Assembly: GCA_048595255.1 (NCBI GenBank)
Contig: JBMDWK010000025.1
Span: 4,342 to 68,341 of the forward strand
Reading direction: 5' to 3'
Length of the DNA: 64,000 bases
From: Sphingobacterium sp.
GTDB lineage: Bacteria; Bacteroidota; Bacteroidia; Sphingobacteriales; Sphingobacteriaceae
Position numbers and translations under genes: made by a program. Under the pieces are notes generated by a model, which worked only from the letters and a program-made list of their open reading frames with translations, did not search any database and was not told where the DNA came from. Shown one piece after another: positions 18,332-26,911 of this stretch. Within the stretch, counting starts at the first letter, position 1. Every line of letters begins with the position of its first letter.

Positions 18332-21043
18332 TTATATTTTTTTTAATAAAATAGTTGTAGTCCCTTTTGGAATAATGTACTTACCGTTAGAATTTCTTTT
18401 GAAACCTTCCAACATATAACCACTTTGTTCATTCAAAGATAGAATTATGTTGTCGATATCTATATTGTTGACTTTACTATGGAGTGCAAGTGTTACTTCT
18501 TTAGATTTAATATCATATGTAATGTTGTTGATTTCCCCCACATCAGTTGTTATCCATAGATTTTCTTCCGCTAAAAATATTCTAGCTTGTGATGCTGTAG
18601 TGATTTCAACAGAAATAGTATTTTGATTTTCGGTCAAATTACCAGAAAATGCTAACCAACCGAATTCAGGATGATTAATAATATAAGTGCCGGAATTAAC
18701 AGCATAACCATAAAATCCACTACCGTAATCCCCTGATATTCCATCAATAGCTAAGGTAGAAGGATAAGAGTGGAAAGCTGCTGGTCCAAAACCATCTTCC
18801 GTCACATTCGCTAGTGCCCCCATTGTTCCTGCATGTCCGACACGAAGGAGGTAAAAATCCTCTGGTTTGGATCGATATTCATGTAATACCGGAATAGCGT
18901 TTAATGCAGATCCGTAATGATGCAATTGTCGCTCGATGCGTGATAATTTCCCCCCATATACAAAGTCCCAATACCGGCGTGCACTTCCATTATAACCCCA
19001 ATGAGGTACAGTAGGCATATAGGCTAGGATAGCATTTAGCGTTACTAAGGCTTTATCATCAAAGCCAAAATATTTTGACCACAAATACACTTCTTCCTGT
19101 CCCGTAGAATCCCAAGGCATCTCACTGCCAAATGGATAATTCAGTGTACGCCAATGTTCGGCTCTCTTGCGCATAGTCGCTTCCAAATGATTTGCTTCCG
19201 CTGTTAATCCTTCATTTTTCAGATCATTCAGGATAAACAAAAATACACTACCTTCCATCTGCCCGAATTGAGCATAATAGGGCGCCTTTTCGACCATAGC
19301 TATCACTGTATGGTAAGCGCGTTGCAGGTATATAGACCAATCCTCTTCAGTAACCAAATTTTTATAATTCCTGCTCAATTTATATAGCACCCAATGAGCA
19401 GCTGCTACGTGCGGATAGTTGTACGAACGTCCGATGTTGTCAGCTTCTTTTTTAGGCCAAGCGGACCAAGTTTCCCAATTAATATCTTTACTGTATGTCC
19501 CTGCAGGCATAGAATCGGGTTCATAATAGAACAAACTTTTTACTACACCATATTTATTTTTGCCTTCTTTGTGCTGTATGCGACCAAATAGAGTTTCGTT
19601 TGTAAAGCGTTTTAATTTATTAATCTCTTGAGGCTCGGGTTGTAGCAATTGTTTCATTATAGCTGCGAGCCAACTTGCAGCACCAGCTTCATCACTTAGA
19701 CCTGCATACCAAGCCCTTTTCTCTTGCGTAATGTGTGATTTTGTTTCATAATCATAAGAAATAACCGAAGGCGATCGACCGAATAAATCATTTGGATTTT
19801 CATACCACTGTACTGTCGTCAAGAAATGACCTAAATCCTTGACCACATCTTTTTCGGATTTAATAATTTTATAATGCACCGTTTGTATACTTCCATCTGA
19901 GTAAGTAATTTCTACACGCGCACGTCCCCATTTTCTTCCTTTTATATTATACTTCGTCCACTTGTTAGTGGTGCTAGGCTCTTTTTTCAGTTCTAAGGCA
20001 TCAGTAGGATAAGATTGAATGGATTTAATAGCTTTTGTGGACTTCAAAAATAGTTGAGCGGTGTTATTTATAGGAAGGACATAGCCCGGCACACCCACTG
20101 CAACAGGTCGCTGTTGGCGAATTAATTCATCTTCAATCTCCTTAATGCTCGGAGCAAGAGTAAAACGCAGAGCAAAAGATTTGCTTTGACCGGGCCTTAG
20201 AATGGTTGAGGTAGGTGTATTCCATTGTTCCACACCTTTCCACTCGGTCTCCGCATAAGCCTTGCTATGAATTACCCATTCATGAAATCCTTCAAATGTA
20301 ATACTGCGTGGAGTAGGGTCTGTATTTAGGGGATTATAAGCTTCGAAACCCGCATTTTCGTAGGGTAATACTAATAAACTTGGACCCTTTCCGTGCAATC
20401 GGTTAACCTGCAAATAGCCAGCATCTTTACCGATATATGGATCAAAAAACACATTATCCATGTGTGCCGTATCTAAGTTTTTCCAATCCAAATTGTTGTT
20501 GAAAATCATCGGAATACCTAAACCTCCGATTTCAAAGGATTCATTTGTAGTGTTTTTTATTTCAAATTTTAGGACTAGGTCACCGTTATTATTTTGCCAA
20601 TAACGGTGAACCTGCAAGGGGATATCTCCGAGAGCAGCTGATATATTTGCCGCTGCAAGTGATTTTTTGTCTACTAATGTCTTTACATCAACTCTTTTCG
20701 TGGAAGATGAATATTTTTTCCACTCCGAAGTTCCTACTTGTTTGATACTGATATTTAAATCCCCTAAGTGATAAAATTTATCCCTATCTCTTTTATCCAG
20801 CAATTCGTCGGGTGTATAATCAAACTTTGAGTCGGTTTTTAATTTGAGGCTTGACACCGTTTGTGAAGAATTAAGAATTGATAGATTCAAGCTGCTAAGC
20901 GAAAAATCTTTAGTTCCTTTATCAATGCCCAGTGTGGCAGGTTGTTTTTTTACTTCCTCCCAAAATGGATTTTGTGCGAATACGTTGTGCGAAGCGGCAA
21001 AAGTTAATAAGTAAAATGCTAAATAGAGGATGATGCTCTTCAT
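18332..21043 (-). CDS. DUF5695-like secreted protein, putative glycoside hydrolase of unknown specificity
   Basis: Signal peptide. Motifs 'GLSDEAGA', 'RSYNYPHV', 'GSEMPWDSTGQE', 'WGYNGSARRYWDF', 'ERQLHHYGS' recalled as DUF5695; no HMM was run. Confidence 0.65.
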   Translation of the reverse strand: MKSIILYLAFYLLTFAASHNVFAQNPFWEEVKKQPATLGIDKGTKDFSLSSLNLSILNSSQTVSSLKLKTDSKFDYTPDELLDKRDRDKFYHLGDLNISIKQVGTSEWKKYSSSTKRVDVKTLVDKKSLAAANISAALGDIPLQVHRYWQNNNGDLVLKFEIKNTTNESFEIGGLGIPMIFNNNLDWKNLDTAHMDNVFFDPYIGKDAGYLQVNRLHGKGPSLLVLPYENAGFEAYNPLNTDPTPRSITFEGFHEWVIHSKAYAETEWKGVEQWNTPTSTILRPGQSKSFALRFTLAPSIKEIEDELIRQQRPVAVGVPGYVLPINNTAQLFLKSTKAIKSIQSYPTDALELKKEPSTTNKWTKYNIKGRKWGRARVEITYSDGSIQTVHYKIIKSEKDVVKDLGHFLTTVQWYENPNDLFGRSPSVISYDYETKSHITQEKRAWYAGLSDEAGAASWLAAIMKQLLQPEPQEINKLKRFTNETLFGRIQHKEGKNKYGVVKSLFYYEPDSMPAGTYSKDINWETWSAWPKKEADNIGRSYNYPHVAAAHWVLYKLSRNYKNLVTEEDWSIYLQRAYHTVIAMVEKAPYYAQFGQMEGSVFLFILNDLKNEGLTAEANHLEATMRKRAEHWRTLNYPFGSEMPWDSTGQEEVYLWSKYFGFDDKALVTLNAILAYMPTVPHWGYNGSARRYWDFVYGGKLSRIERQLHHYGSALNAIPVLHEYRSKPEDFYLLRVGHAGTMGALANVTEDGFGPAAFHSYPSTLAIDGISGDYGSGFYGYAVNSGTYIINHPEFGWLAFSGNLTENQNTISVEITTASQARIFLAEENLWITTDVGEINNITYDIKSKEVTLALHSKVNNIDIDNIILSLNEQSGYMLEGFKRNSNGKYIIPKGTTTILLKKI

Positions 21044-21129
21044 AATTAATGGTTTAAATTCTAATACTTTTTAGGAAACAGTTCTTGTGAATTGATTACC
21101 AATCCCTTCCATATATTCTTTTTCTGTTA

Positions 21130-21193
21130 CAAATATGTTTATTATTCTGCTGCTGAATGACTAAATATTATCCCATTATACTTTATTTTTAGC
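21130..21193 (-). promoter_or_regulatory. DUF5695-pepP promoter: direct-repeat site plus degenerate -7 box
   Basis: On the minus strand: GCTAAAAA (21193-21186), GATAATAT (21172-21165), CATATTTG (21137-21130). Confidence 0.55.
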
Positions 21194-21268
21194 CGGTTGC
21201 ATTTTTTGTTGCTTATTTCTAGTTAGAATATTTAAATTTAATATAACTTCTAACCGAATTAATGAACC

Positions 21269-22153
21269 ATGAAAGCTTTACACTATAACTTAAACATCCC
21301 GAATGATCGAACTATTTTCGTTCAAGATGAGGTATTGGATTCATTTTATCCCTATTTTCATAAGCATCCAGAGTATCAGTTGGTATGGGTCGCTGAGGGG
21401 AGTGGTAAACTCATTGTAGATAACAATATGCATGAGTTTGATTGTGGTGAAGTATTTTTGATAGGAGCAAATCAACCTCATGTTTTCAAAGGGGATAAGC
21501 TTCCACTTCATGTGAGAACAGTTTCGGTATTTTTTAATTTAAAGGGCTCCTTGGAATATATTTTTAACCTACCTGAACTCAAAAGTTTGCAAAATTTCCT
21601 TATCACTAACAGCCATGGCTTTCGAGTTCCAAAACATTATTTAAAAGATGTATGTGATAGCATAGAAATTTTGAAAAATTCGGATGGTGCAGATAGACTA
21701 GTGAATTTTATATACTTATTGAAACTATTAAATATTATCTCTAAAGATGTATCCCCCCTCTCAGGATCTATCATTAAAGAGATCAATGATATAGCATCTA
21801 TTCGAATCATAAGTTTGTGCACGTATATCAAGAATAATTTTCGTAAAGAACTCAATCTTAATGATATTGCAGAGAAGGCTAATCTGACTCCTCAAGCTTT
21901 CTGTCGGTATTTCAAAAAATGTACAGGTAAAACATTTGTATGTTATTTGAATGAATTACGTGTTAGTGAGGCATGTAGACTTTTGGTTAATGAACGATAT
22001 GATTGCATCTCAATGATTGCGTATAACAGTGGCTTCAATAGTATAACTAATTTTAATCGTGTATTTCGTTCTATTACAGGAGTTTCGCCAAAGGAATATG
22101 TTTTAAGATATCAAAGTTCAATAAATCAAAAACCTTTACAAGAAGTTAATTAA
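21269..22153 (+). CDS. AraC-family transcriptional regulator (cupin sensor + double HTH)
   Basis: N-terminal 'HKHPEYQL' cupin; C-terminal 'LTPQAFCRYFKK' and 'IAYNSGFNSITNFNRVF'. Confidence 0.95.
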   Translation: MKALHYNLNIPNDRTIFVQDEVLDSFYPYFHKHPEYQLVWVAEGSGKLIVDNNMHEFDCGEVFLIGANQPHVFKGDKLPLHVRTVSVFFNLKGSLEYIFNLPELKSLQNFLITNSHGFRVPKHYLKDVCDSIEILKNSDGADRLVNFIYLLKLLNIISKDVSPLSGSIIKEINDIASIRIISLCTYIKNNFRKELNLNDIAEKANLTPQAFCRYFKKCTGKTFVCYLNELRVSEACRLLVNERYDCISMIAYNSGFNSITNFNRVFRSITGVSPKEYVLRYQSSINQKPLQEVN

Positions 22154-22209
22154 TGGTCGTTATTTGTCAATAGGTGGTTAGGGTTTGTTTTTATTAATAA
22201 ATACTTTTG
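22145..22209 (+). promoter_or_regulatory. Hyp operon promoter: degenerate direct-repeat site plus -7 box
   Basis: GTTAATTA (22145) and GTCAATAG (22166); TACTTTTG at 22202, the same 57-bp offset. Confidence 0.5.
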
Positions 22210-22236
22210 AGAGTAAGTTATTAATTGAAAATAGAT

Positions 22237-23160
22237 ATGGCAAATTTAAATTGGGAAGGAATTTATCCCGCAGTTTTAACACCTTTTGATGAACAATACA
22301 ATATAGACTTTGCAATGTTTGCGAAGAATACCGAAGCACAAATCCAAGCAGGTGTGCATGGGATTATTCTTGCTGGATCGCTAGGAGAAGCAAGTGCTTT
22401 GTCTCAAGATGAAAAGTTTTTATTGCTCGAGAAGGCTCTGGAGATAGTTAATGGAAGAGTGCCTGTCATTCTAAATTTAACAGAGAACACCACAAAGGAT
22501 GCTGTCGAATTTGCCCAGAAAGCTGAAAAGCTTGGCGCAGATGGTCTAATGGTATTGCCGCCCATGCGTTATAAGGCAGATGATCGTGAAGTAGTAGCTT
22601 ATTATAAAGCCATTGCACAGAGTTCATCTCTACCCATTTTAGTTTATAACAACCCGGTTGACTATGCTACTTATATCACATTGGAAATGATGGAAGATTT
22701 ATTAGAGGAGCCAACCATTCAGGCAGTAAAAGAATCTACTCGGGATTTGGCAAATGTAACTCGTTTGAAAAATAGATTTTCAAACCGCTTGAAAATTTTA
22801 GGTGGAGTTGATACGATTTGTTTAGAATCTTTAATGTTGGGGGCTGATGGTTTAGTAGCAGGGCTGGTTGATGCATTTCCTAAAGAAACAATGGCTCTTT
22901 ACAACTTAGTAAAAGCTGGTGAATATCAAAAAGCTGTAGAAATCTATCGCTGGTTCATGCCTTTGTTAGAATTGGATATTCATCCCAAATTAATACAATA
23001 TATCAAATTAGCAGCAAGCTATGAGGGAATCTCTACGCCATATACGCGCGCTCCTCGTCTGCCTTTAATAGGGGAAGAGAAAGAAAGAATCGAAAGGATT
23101 ATTGAAGATGCTATTGCTATAAGGCCGCAACTAACCGTATATAATTATGCTACAACCTAA
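22237..23160 (+). CDS. DapA-family protein, probable delta1-pyrroline-4-hydroxy-2-carboxylate deaminase (LhpC-like)
   Basis: GSLGE (instead of GTTGE), YNNP, KES Schiff-base Lys; operon context. ATG 22237 preferred over TTG 22225. Confidence 0.82.
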   Translation: MANLNWEGIYPAVLTPFDEQYNIDFAMFAKNTEAQIQAGVHGIILAGSLGEASALSQDEKFLLLEKALEIVNGRVPVILNLTENTTKDAVEFAQKAEKLGADGLMVLPPMRYKADDREVVAYYKAIAQSSSLPILVYNNPVDYATYITLEMMEDLLEEPTIQAVKESTRDLANVTRLKNRFSNRLKILGGVDTICLESLMLGADGLVAGLVDAFPKETMALYNLVKAGEYQKAVEIYRWFMPLLELDIHPKLIQYIKLAASYEGISTPYTRAPRLPLIGEEKERIERIIEDAIAIRPQLTVYNYATT

Positions 23161-24598
23161 TATAAATGAGCTTGAAATGGTAGTGGCAGAAGCAGTAGAT
23201 GGATACAAATATCTACAGCAATTGTCACGAAAGGATAGGGCATCATTAATGGGTGCTATCGCCTCTAAAATTGAGTCTTTGGGCGAAGAACTCATCCAAG
23301 TGGCTCATCAAGAGACCAACTTACCTTTCGCACGCCTAAATGGCGAAAAGGCCAGAACTATTCATCAATGGCGTTTATATTCTGATGTAACGGCTGCGGG
23401 CGTATTATTGGATGCGCGTATAGATAATGGTGAGGGTAAGAACGATATCCGTAAATACAATGTAGGTTTGGGTCCAGTTGTTGTATTTGGAGCTTCAAAT
23501 TTTCCCTTTGCTTTTTCTACAGCCGGAGGGGATACAGCAAGTGCAATAGGGGCGGGTTGTTCTGTGATTTATAAAGAACACCCCGGACACCCACGGACTT
23601 CGCAAATTATGGCACAAGCTATATATGCTGGATTAGAAGCTTTTGGCGCTCCCAAATCAGTTTTTGGATATGTCGCTGATGCTTCGCATGAGACTGGACA
23701 AAATTTAGTAAGACATCCTAAAGTAAAGGCTGTGGCTTTTACAGGTTCTTTCAAAGGTGGAATGGCTTTATACAAAATCGGAGCAAATAGACCAGATCCA
23801 ATTCCTGTATTTGCAGAAATGGGTAGTTTGAATCCTGTAATTGCCTTGCCAAAATATTTACAATCGAATGCAGATCCTTTTGCCAAAGATTATATTGCAT
23901 CATTAACATTAGGTTGTGGTCAATTTTGTACTAATCCCGGTCTTTTATTTATAGTTAAGAATGAAAATTCAGAGCAACTTAAGAATGCTATCAAAGCTGA
24001 ATTAGCTTCTGTGTCAGTTATTCCGATGTTAAATACTGGAATACGACAATCCTATGATGCAGGACTGCGTTTGTTACATTCTATTGAAGCAGCACATAGC
24101 GTAGCACAGACAGAATCAACAGAGCGTATTCCTTCAGCGACTGTATTTACCATATCCGCATCTAATTTTATTACCAATAAGCATTTACATGAGGAAGTAT
24201 TTGGTCCATGTGGAATTATCGTTGAATGCGATTCAATTGCTCAATTGGAAGAAAGTATAGAAGTATTAGGAGGTCAATTGACAATTACATTTGCTGCTTC
24301 CCCCGAGGACTTTAAGGAAAATCCATCTTTAATAGCTCGGGTACAGGAAAAATGTGGTCGTTTACTTTTCAATGGCATGCCGACCGGAGTAGATGTAGTT
24401 TACGCCATGCAACATGGAGGCGTATTTCCGTCTACCACGGATAGTCGCTTTACATCAGTCGGTCCAGATGCTATGAAAAGATTTTTGAGGCCGGTTAGTT
24501 TTCAGAATTGGCCAGATGATTTATTGCCGGCGGAATTACAAAATGCTAACCCTACAAAAATTGAACGAATCGAAAATAATAAACGTATATCACCTTAA
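23147..24598 (+). CDS. alpha-ketoglutarate semialdehyde dehydrogenase (ALDH, NADP+)
   Basis: 'VFGASNFPFAFST', 'EMGSLNP', 'GQFCTNPG', 'EEVFGP'; start overlaps the upstream gene. Confidence 0.85.
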   Translation: MLQPNINELEMVVAEAVDGYKYLQQLSRKDRASLMGAIASKIESLGEELIQVAHQETNLPFARLNGEKARTIHQWRLYSDVTAAGVLLDARIDNGEGKNDIRKYNVGLGPVVVFGASNFPFAFSTAGGDTASAIGAGCSVIYKEHPGHPRTSQIMAQAIYAGLEAFGAPKSVFGYVADASHETGQNLVRHPKVKAVAFTGSFKGGMALYKIGANRPDPIPVFAEMGSLNPVIALPKYLQSNADPFAKDYIASLTLGCGQFCTNPGLLFIVKNENSEQLKNAIKAELASVSVIPMLNTGIRQSYDAGLRLLHSIEAAHSVAQTESTERIPSATVFTISASNFITNKHLHEEVFGPCGIIVECDSIAQLEESIEVLGGQLTITFAASPEDFKENPSLIARVQEKCGRLLFNGMPTGVDVVYAMQHGGVFPSTTDSRFTSVGPDAMKRFLRPVSFQNWPDDLLPAELQNANPTKIERIENNKRISP

Positions 24599-24603
24599 TT
24601 TAT

Positions 24604-25602
24604 ATGAAGAAGACCTTTACCTGTATCGATTCACATACATGTGGCTGTCCAGTTCGCTTAGTCGCGGGTGGTGGCCCATTTTTAAAAGGTAATAGCATGA
24701 TGGAGCGTAGGCTCCATTTTATGCAAGAATTCGATTGGATCCGCAAAGGCCTCATGTTTGAGCCACGTGGTCATGATATGATGAGCGGAAGTATTTTGTA
24801 TCCACCCCTTGATGAACTAAATGATGTGGGTGTTTTATATATTGAAACGAGTGGCTGTCTTCCAATGTGTGGTCATGGTACCATTGGGACGGTGACCATA
24901 GCCATAGAAGAAGGTCTGATTACTCCAAAAGTTCCTGGTAAACTTCGTTTGGAAACACCTGCGGGATTAGTATTGGTGGATTACAAGCAAGAAGGAGAAA
25001 AGGTTACTTCGGTAAAACTTACCAACGTAAAATCATTTCTTTATAAAGAGGCTTTGCATGTAGATTGTCCCGATTTAGGAGATATTTATGTGGATGTGGC
25101 TTATGGGGGCAATTTTTATGGTATAATCGATCCCCAAACTAACTTCTCAGACATTTCAGACTTTACAGCAGCAAAGCTCATTCATTATGGCAAAATTATT
25201 CGTCGTTTATTAAATGAAAAATATGAATTTATTCATCCAGAAGACGCTAATATTCATGGGTTGAGCCATATTCAATGGACAGGAAAACCTACAAAAAGCA
25301 ATTCTTCAGGACGTAACGCCGTACTTGTGGGTGAGAACGCATTGGATAGATCTCCATGTGGTACTGGTACCTCAGCACGTATGGCCCAATGGTTTGCTAA
25401 GGGCATGTTGAGAGCAGGAGAACAGTTTATACACGAAAGTTATATTGGTTCACAATTTACAGGTAAGATAGAAGGTGTGACGGAAGTTGCTGGACAGCAA
25501 GCTATTATACCATCGGTAGAAGGCTGGGCACGGATTACAGGATATAATACAATTTTTATAGACGATCAAGATCCTTACAAAGAAGGTTTTCAAGTTATTT
25601 AA
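24604..25602 (+). CDS. 4-hydroxyproline 2-epimerase (proline racemase family)
   Basis: Two catalytic Cys in 'MCGHGT' and 'DRSPCGTG'; 'EPRGHDMMSG'. Confidence 0.9.
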   Translation: MKKTFTCIDSHTCGCPVRLVAGGGPFLKGNSMMERRLHFMQEFDWIRKGLMFEPRGHDMMSGSILYPPLDELNDVGVLYIETSGCLPMCGHGTIGTVTIAIEEGLITPKVPGKLRLETPAGLVLVDYKQEGEKVTSVKLTNVKSFLYKEALHVDCPDLGDIYVDVAYGGNFYGIIDPQTNFSDISDFTAAKLIHYGKIIRRLLNEKYEFIHPEDANIHGLSHIQWTGKPTKSNSSGRNAVLVGENALDRSPCGTGTSARMAQWFAKGMLRAGEQFIHESYIGSQFTGKIEGVTEVAGQQAIIPSVEGWARITGYNTIFIDDQDPYKEGFQVI

Positions 25603-25628
25603 AAGCACAATAAGAATTTATTTAGAAG

Positions 25629-26882
25629 ATGAATAAAGGTACGGTACTCATAGTTGGAGCCGGGATAGCAGGATTATCTACAGCTTATTATTTAGTCAAT
25701 GATGGATGGAATGTGCATATCATTGAGCAAAATTCGTTAGATAATAATTGTTCGTATGGAAATGCCGGAATGATTGTACCCAGCCATTTTACGACTATGG
25801 CATCGCCAGGTATTGTGGCCCAAGGGATTCGTTGGATGTTTGACAAAAAAAGCCCGTTTTACGTTCGCCCTGCTTTAAATTGGAATTTGATGGATTGGGG
25901 TATGAAGTTTATCAAATATGCCAACAAGCGTCATGTGGATGCACATGTGGAATCTCTACGTGATCTGCATGTTTACAGCAGCAAATTATATGATTTATTG
26001 AATAATGATTCCGCATTCGATTTTGAATTAGAACAAAGTGGTATTATGATGCTTTACAAAACTAAGGCTGTGGAGCATGAAGAAATAGAATTAGCAAAGC
26101 GGGCACAGGACTTGGGTTTGGATGTAGAAATCAGAACAGCGGATGAAATGCAAGCATTGGAGCCAAACGTGAAGTTTGATGTATTGGGCGGTACATATTA
26201 TAAATGTGATGGAAAGCTTAATCCAATGAAATTGATGAACCAGTTAATTGGATATCTGAAAAATAGAGGAGTTCAATTTTATGAACATACAACGGTCAAA
26301 GGCTATAAGATTTCTGGTAGGCAAGTAAAAGAAATAGTCACAGATAAAGGTAATTTCCAAGGCGATGAATTTGTAATTGCTCCTGGTGCTAATTTGATGG
26401 AATTATCAAATAAACTAAAGCTAAAATTACCCTTAATGCCTGGCAAAGGATATTCATTTATGTACACACCTCCATCAGATATAAAATTGCAACATGCTGC
26501 TTTGCTATTGGAAGCAAAAGTTGCGGTGACACCTATGGATGGAAAAATAAGATTTGGCGGAACAATGGAACTCGGCTCACCAAATAATAAAATATATCAA
26601 AACCGGGTAGAAGGTATTGTCAGCTCAATTCCAAAATATCTTAAAAACCTCCATGTTGAGTACCCGAAGCAAGATATATGGTATGGATACAGACCCTGTA
26701 CTCCTGATGGTCTCCCTTACTTAGGAAGAACTGACAAATATGATAATATAACTATTAATGCTGGCGCAGGTATGATGGGATTAAGCCTAGGACCAGCAAT
26801 GGGTAAAGCTATAAGTGATATTCTTGCCCATAGAAAATTTAAAACAAATATAGCCTCTTTCACACCAGATCGGTTTGGATAA
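25629..26882 (+). CDS. FAD-dependent D-amino acid dehydrogenase, probable cis-4-hydroxy-D-proline dehydrogenase
   Basis: GAGIAG FAD motif, 'SYGNAG', 'PGKGYS', 'GYRPCTPDGLP'; operon context. Confidence 0.85.
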   Translation: MNKGTVLIVGAGIAGLSTAYYLVNDGWNVHIIEQNSLDNNCSYGNAGMIVPSHFTTMASPGIVAQGIRWMFDKKSPFYVRPALNWNLMDWGMKFIKYANKRHVDAHVESLRDLHVYSSKLYDLLNNDSAFDFELEQSGIMMLYKTKAVEHEEIELAKRAQDLGLDVEIRTADEMQALEPNVKFDVLGGTYYKCDGKLNPMKLMNQLIGYLKNRGVQFYEHTTVKGYKISGRQVKEIVTDKGNFQGDEFVIAPGANLMELSNKLKLKLPLMPGKGYSFMYTPPSDIKLQHAALLLEAKVAVTPMDGKIRFGGTMELGSPNNKIYQNRVEGIVSSIPKYLKNLHVEYPKQDIWYGYRPCTPDGLPYLGRTDKYDNITINAGAGMMGLSLGPAMGKAISDILAHRKFKTNIASFTPDRFG

Positions 26883-26911
26883 GTAGATATGAAAAACTAA
26901 TAACCTACATT

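Noticed and set aside
21085-21102. Rex-like box TTGTGAA-ttga-TTACCAA
   Set aside because: Two mismatches, AT-rich context, a single occurrence, and no NADH-linked logic for the downstream genes.
22225-23160. DapA-like gene as lysine-biosynthetic dihydrodipicolinate synthase
   Set aside because: The GSLGE motif and linkage to the Hyp epimerase/dehydrogenase point to the Hyp deaminase instead.
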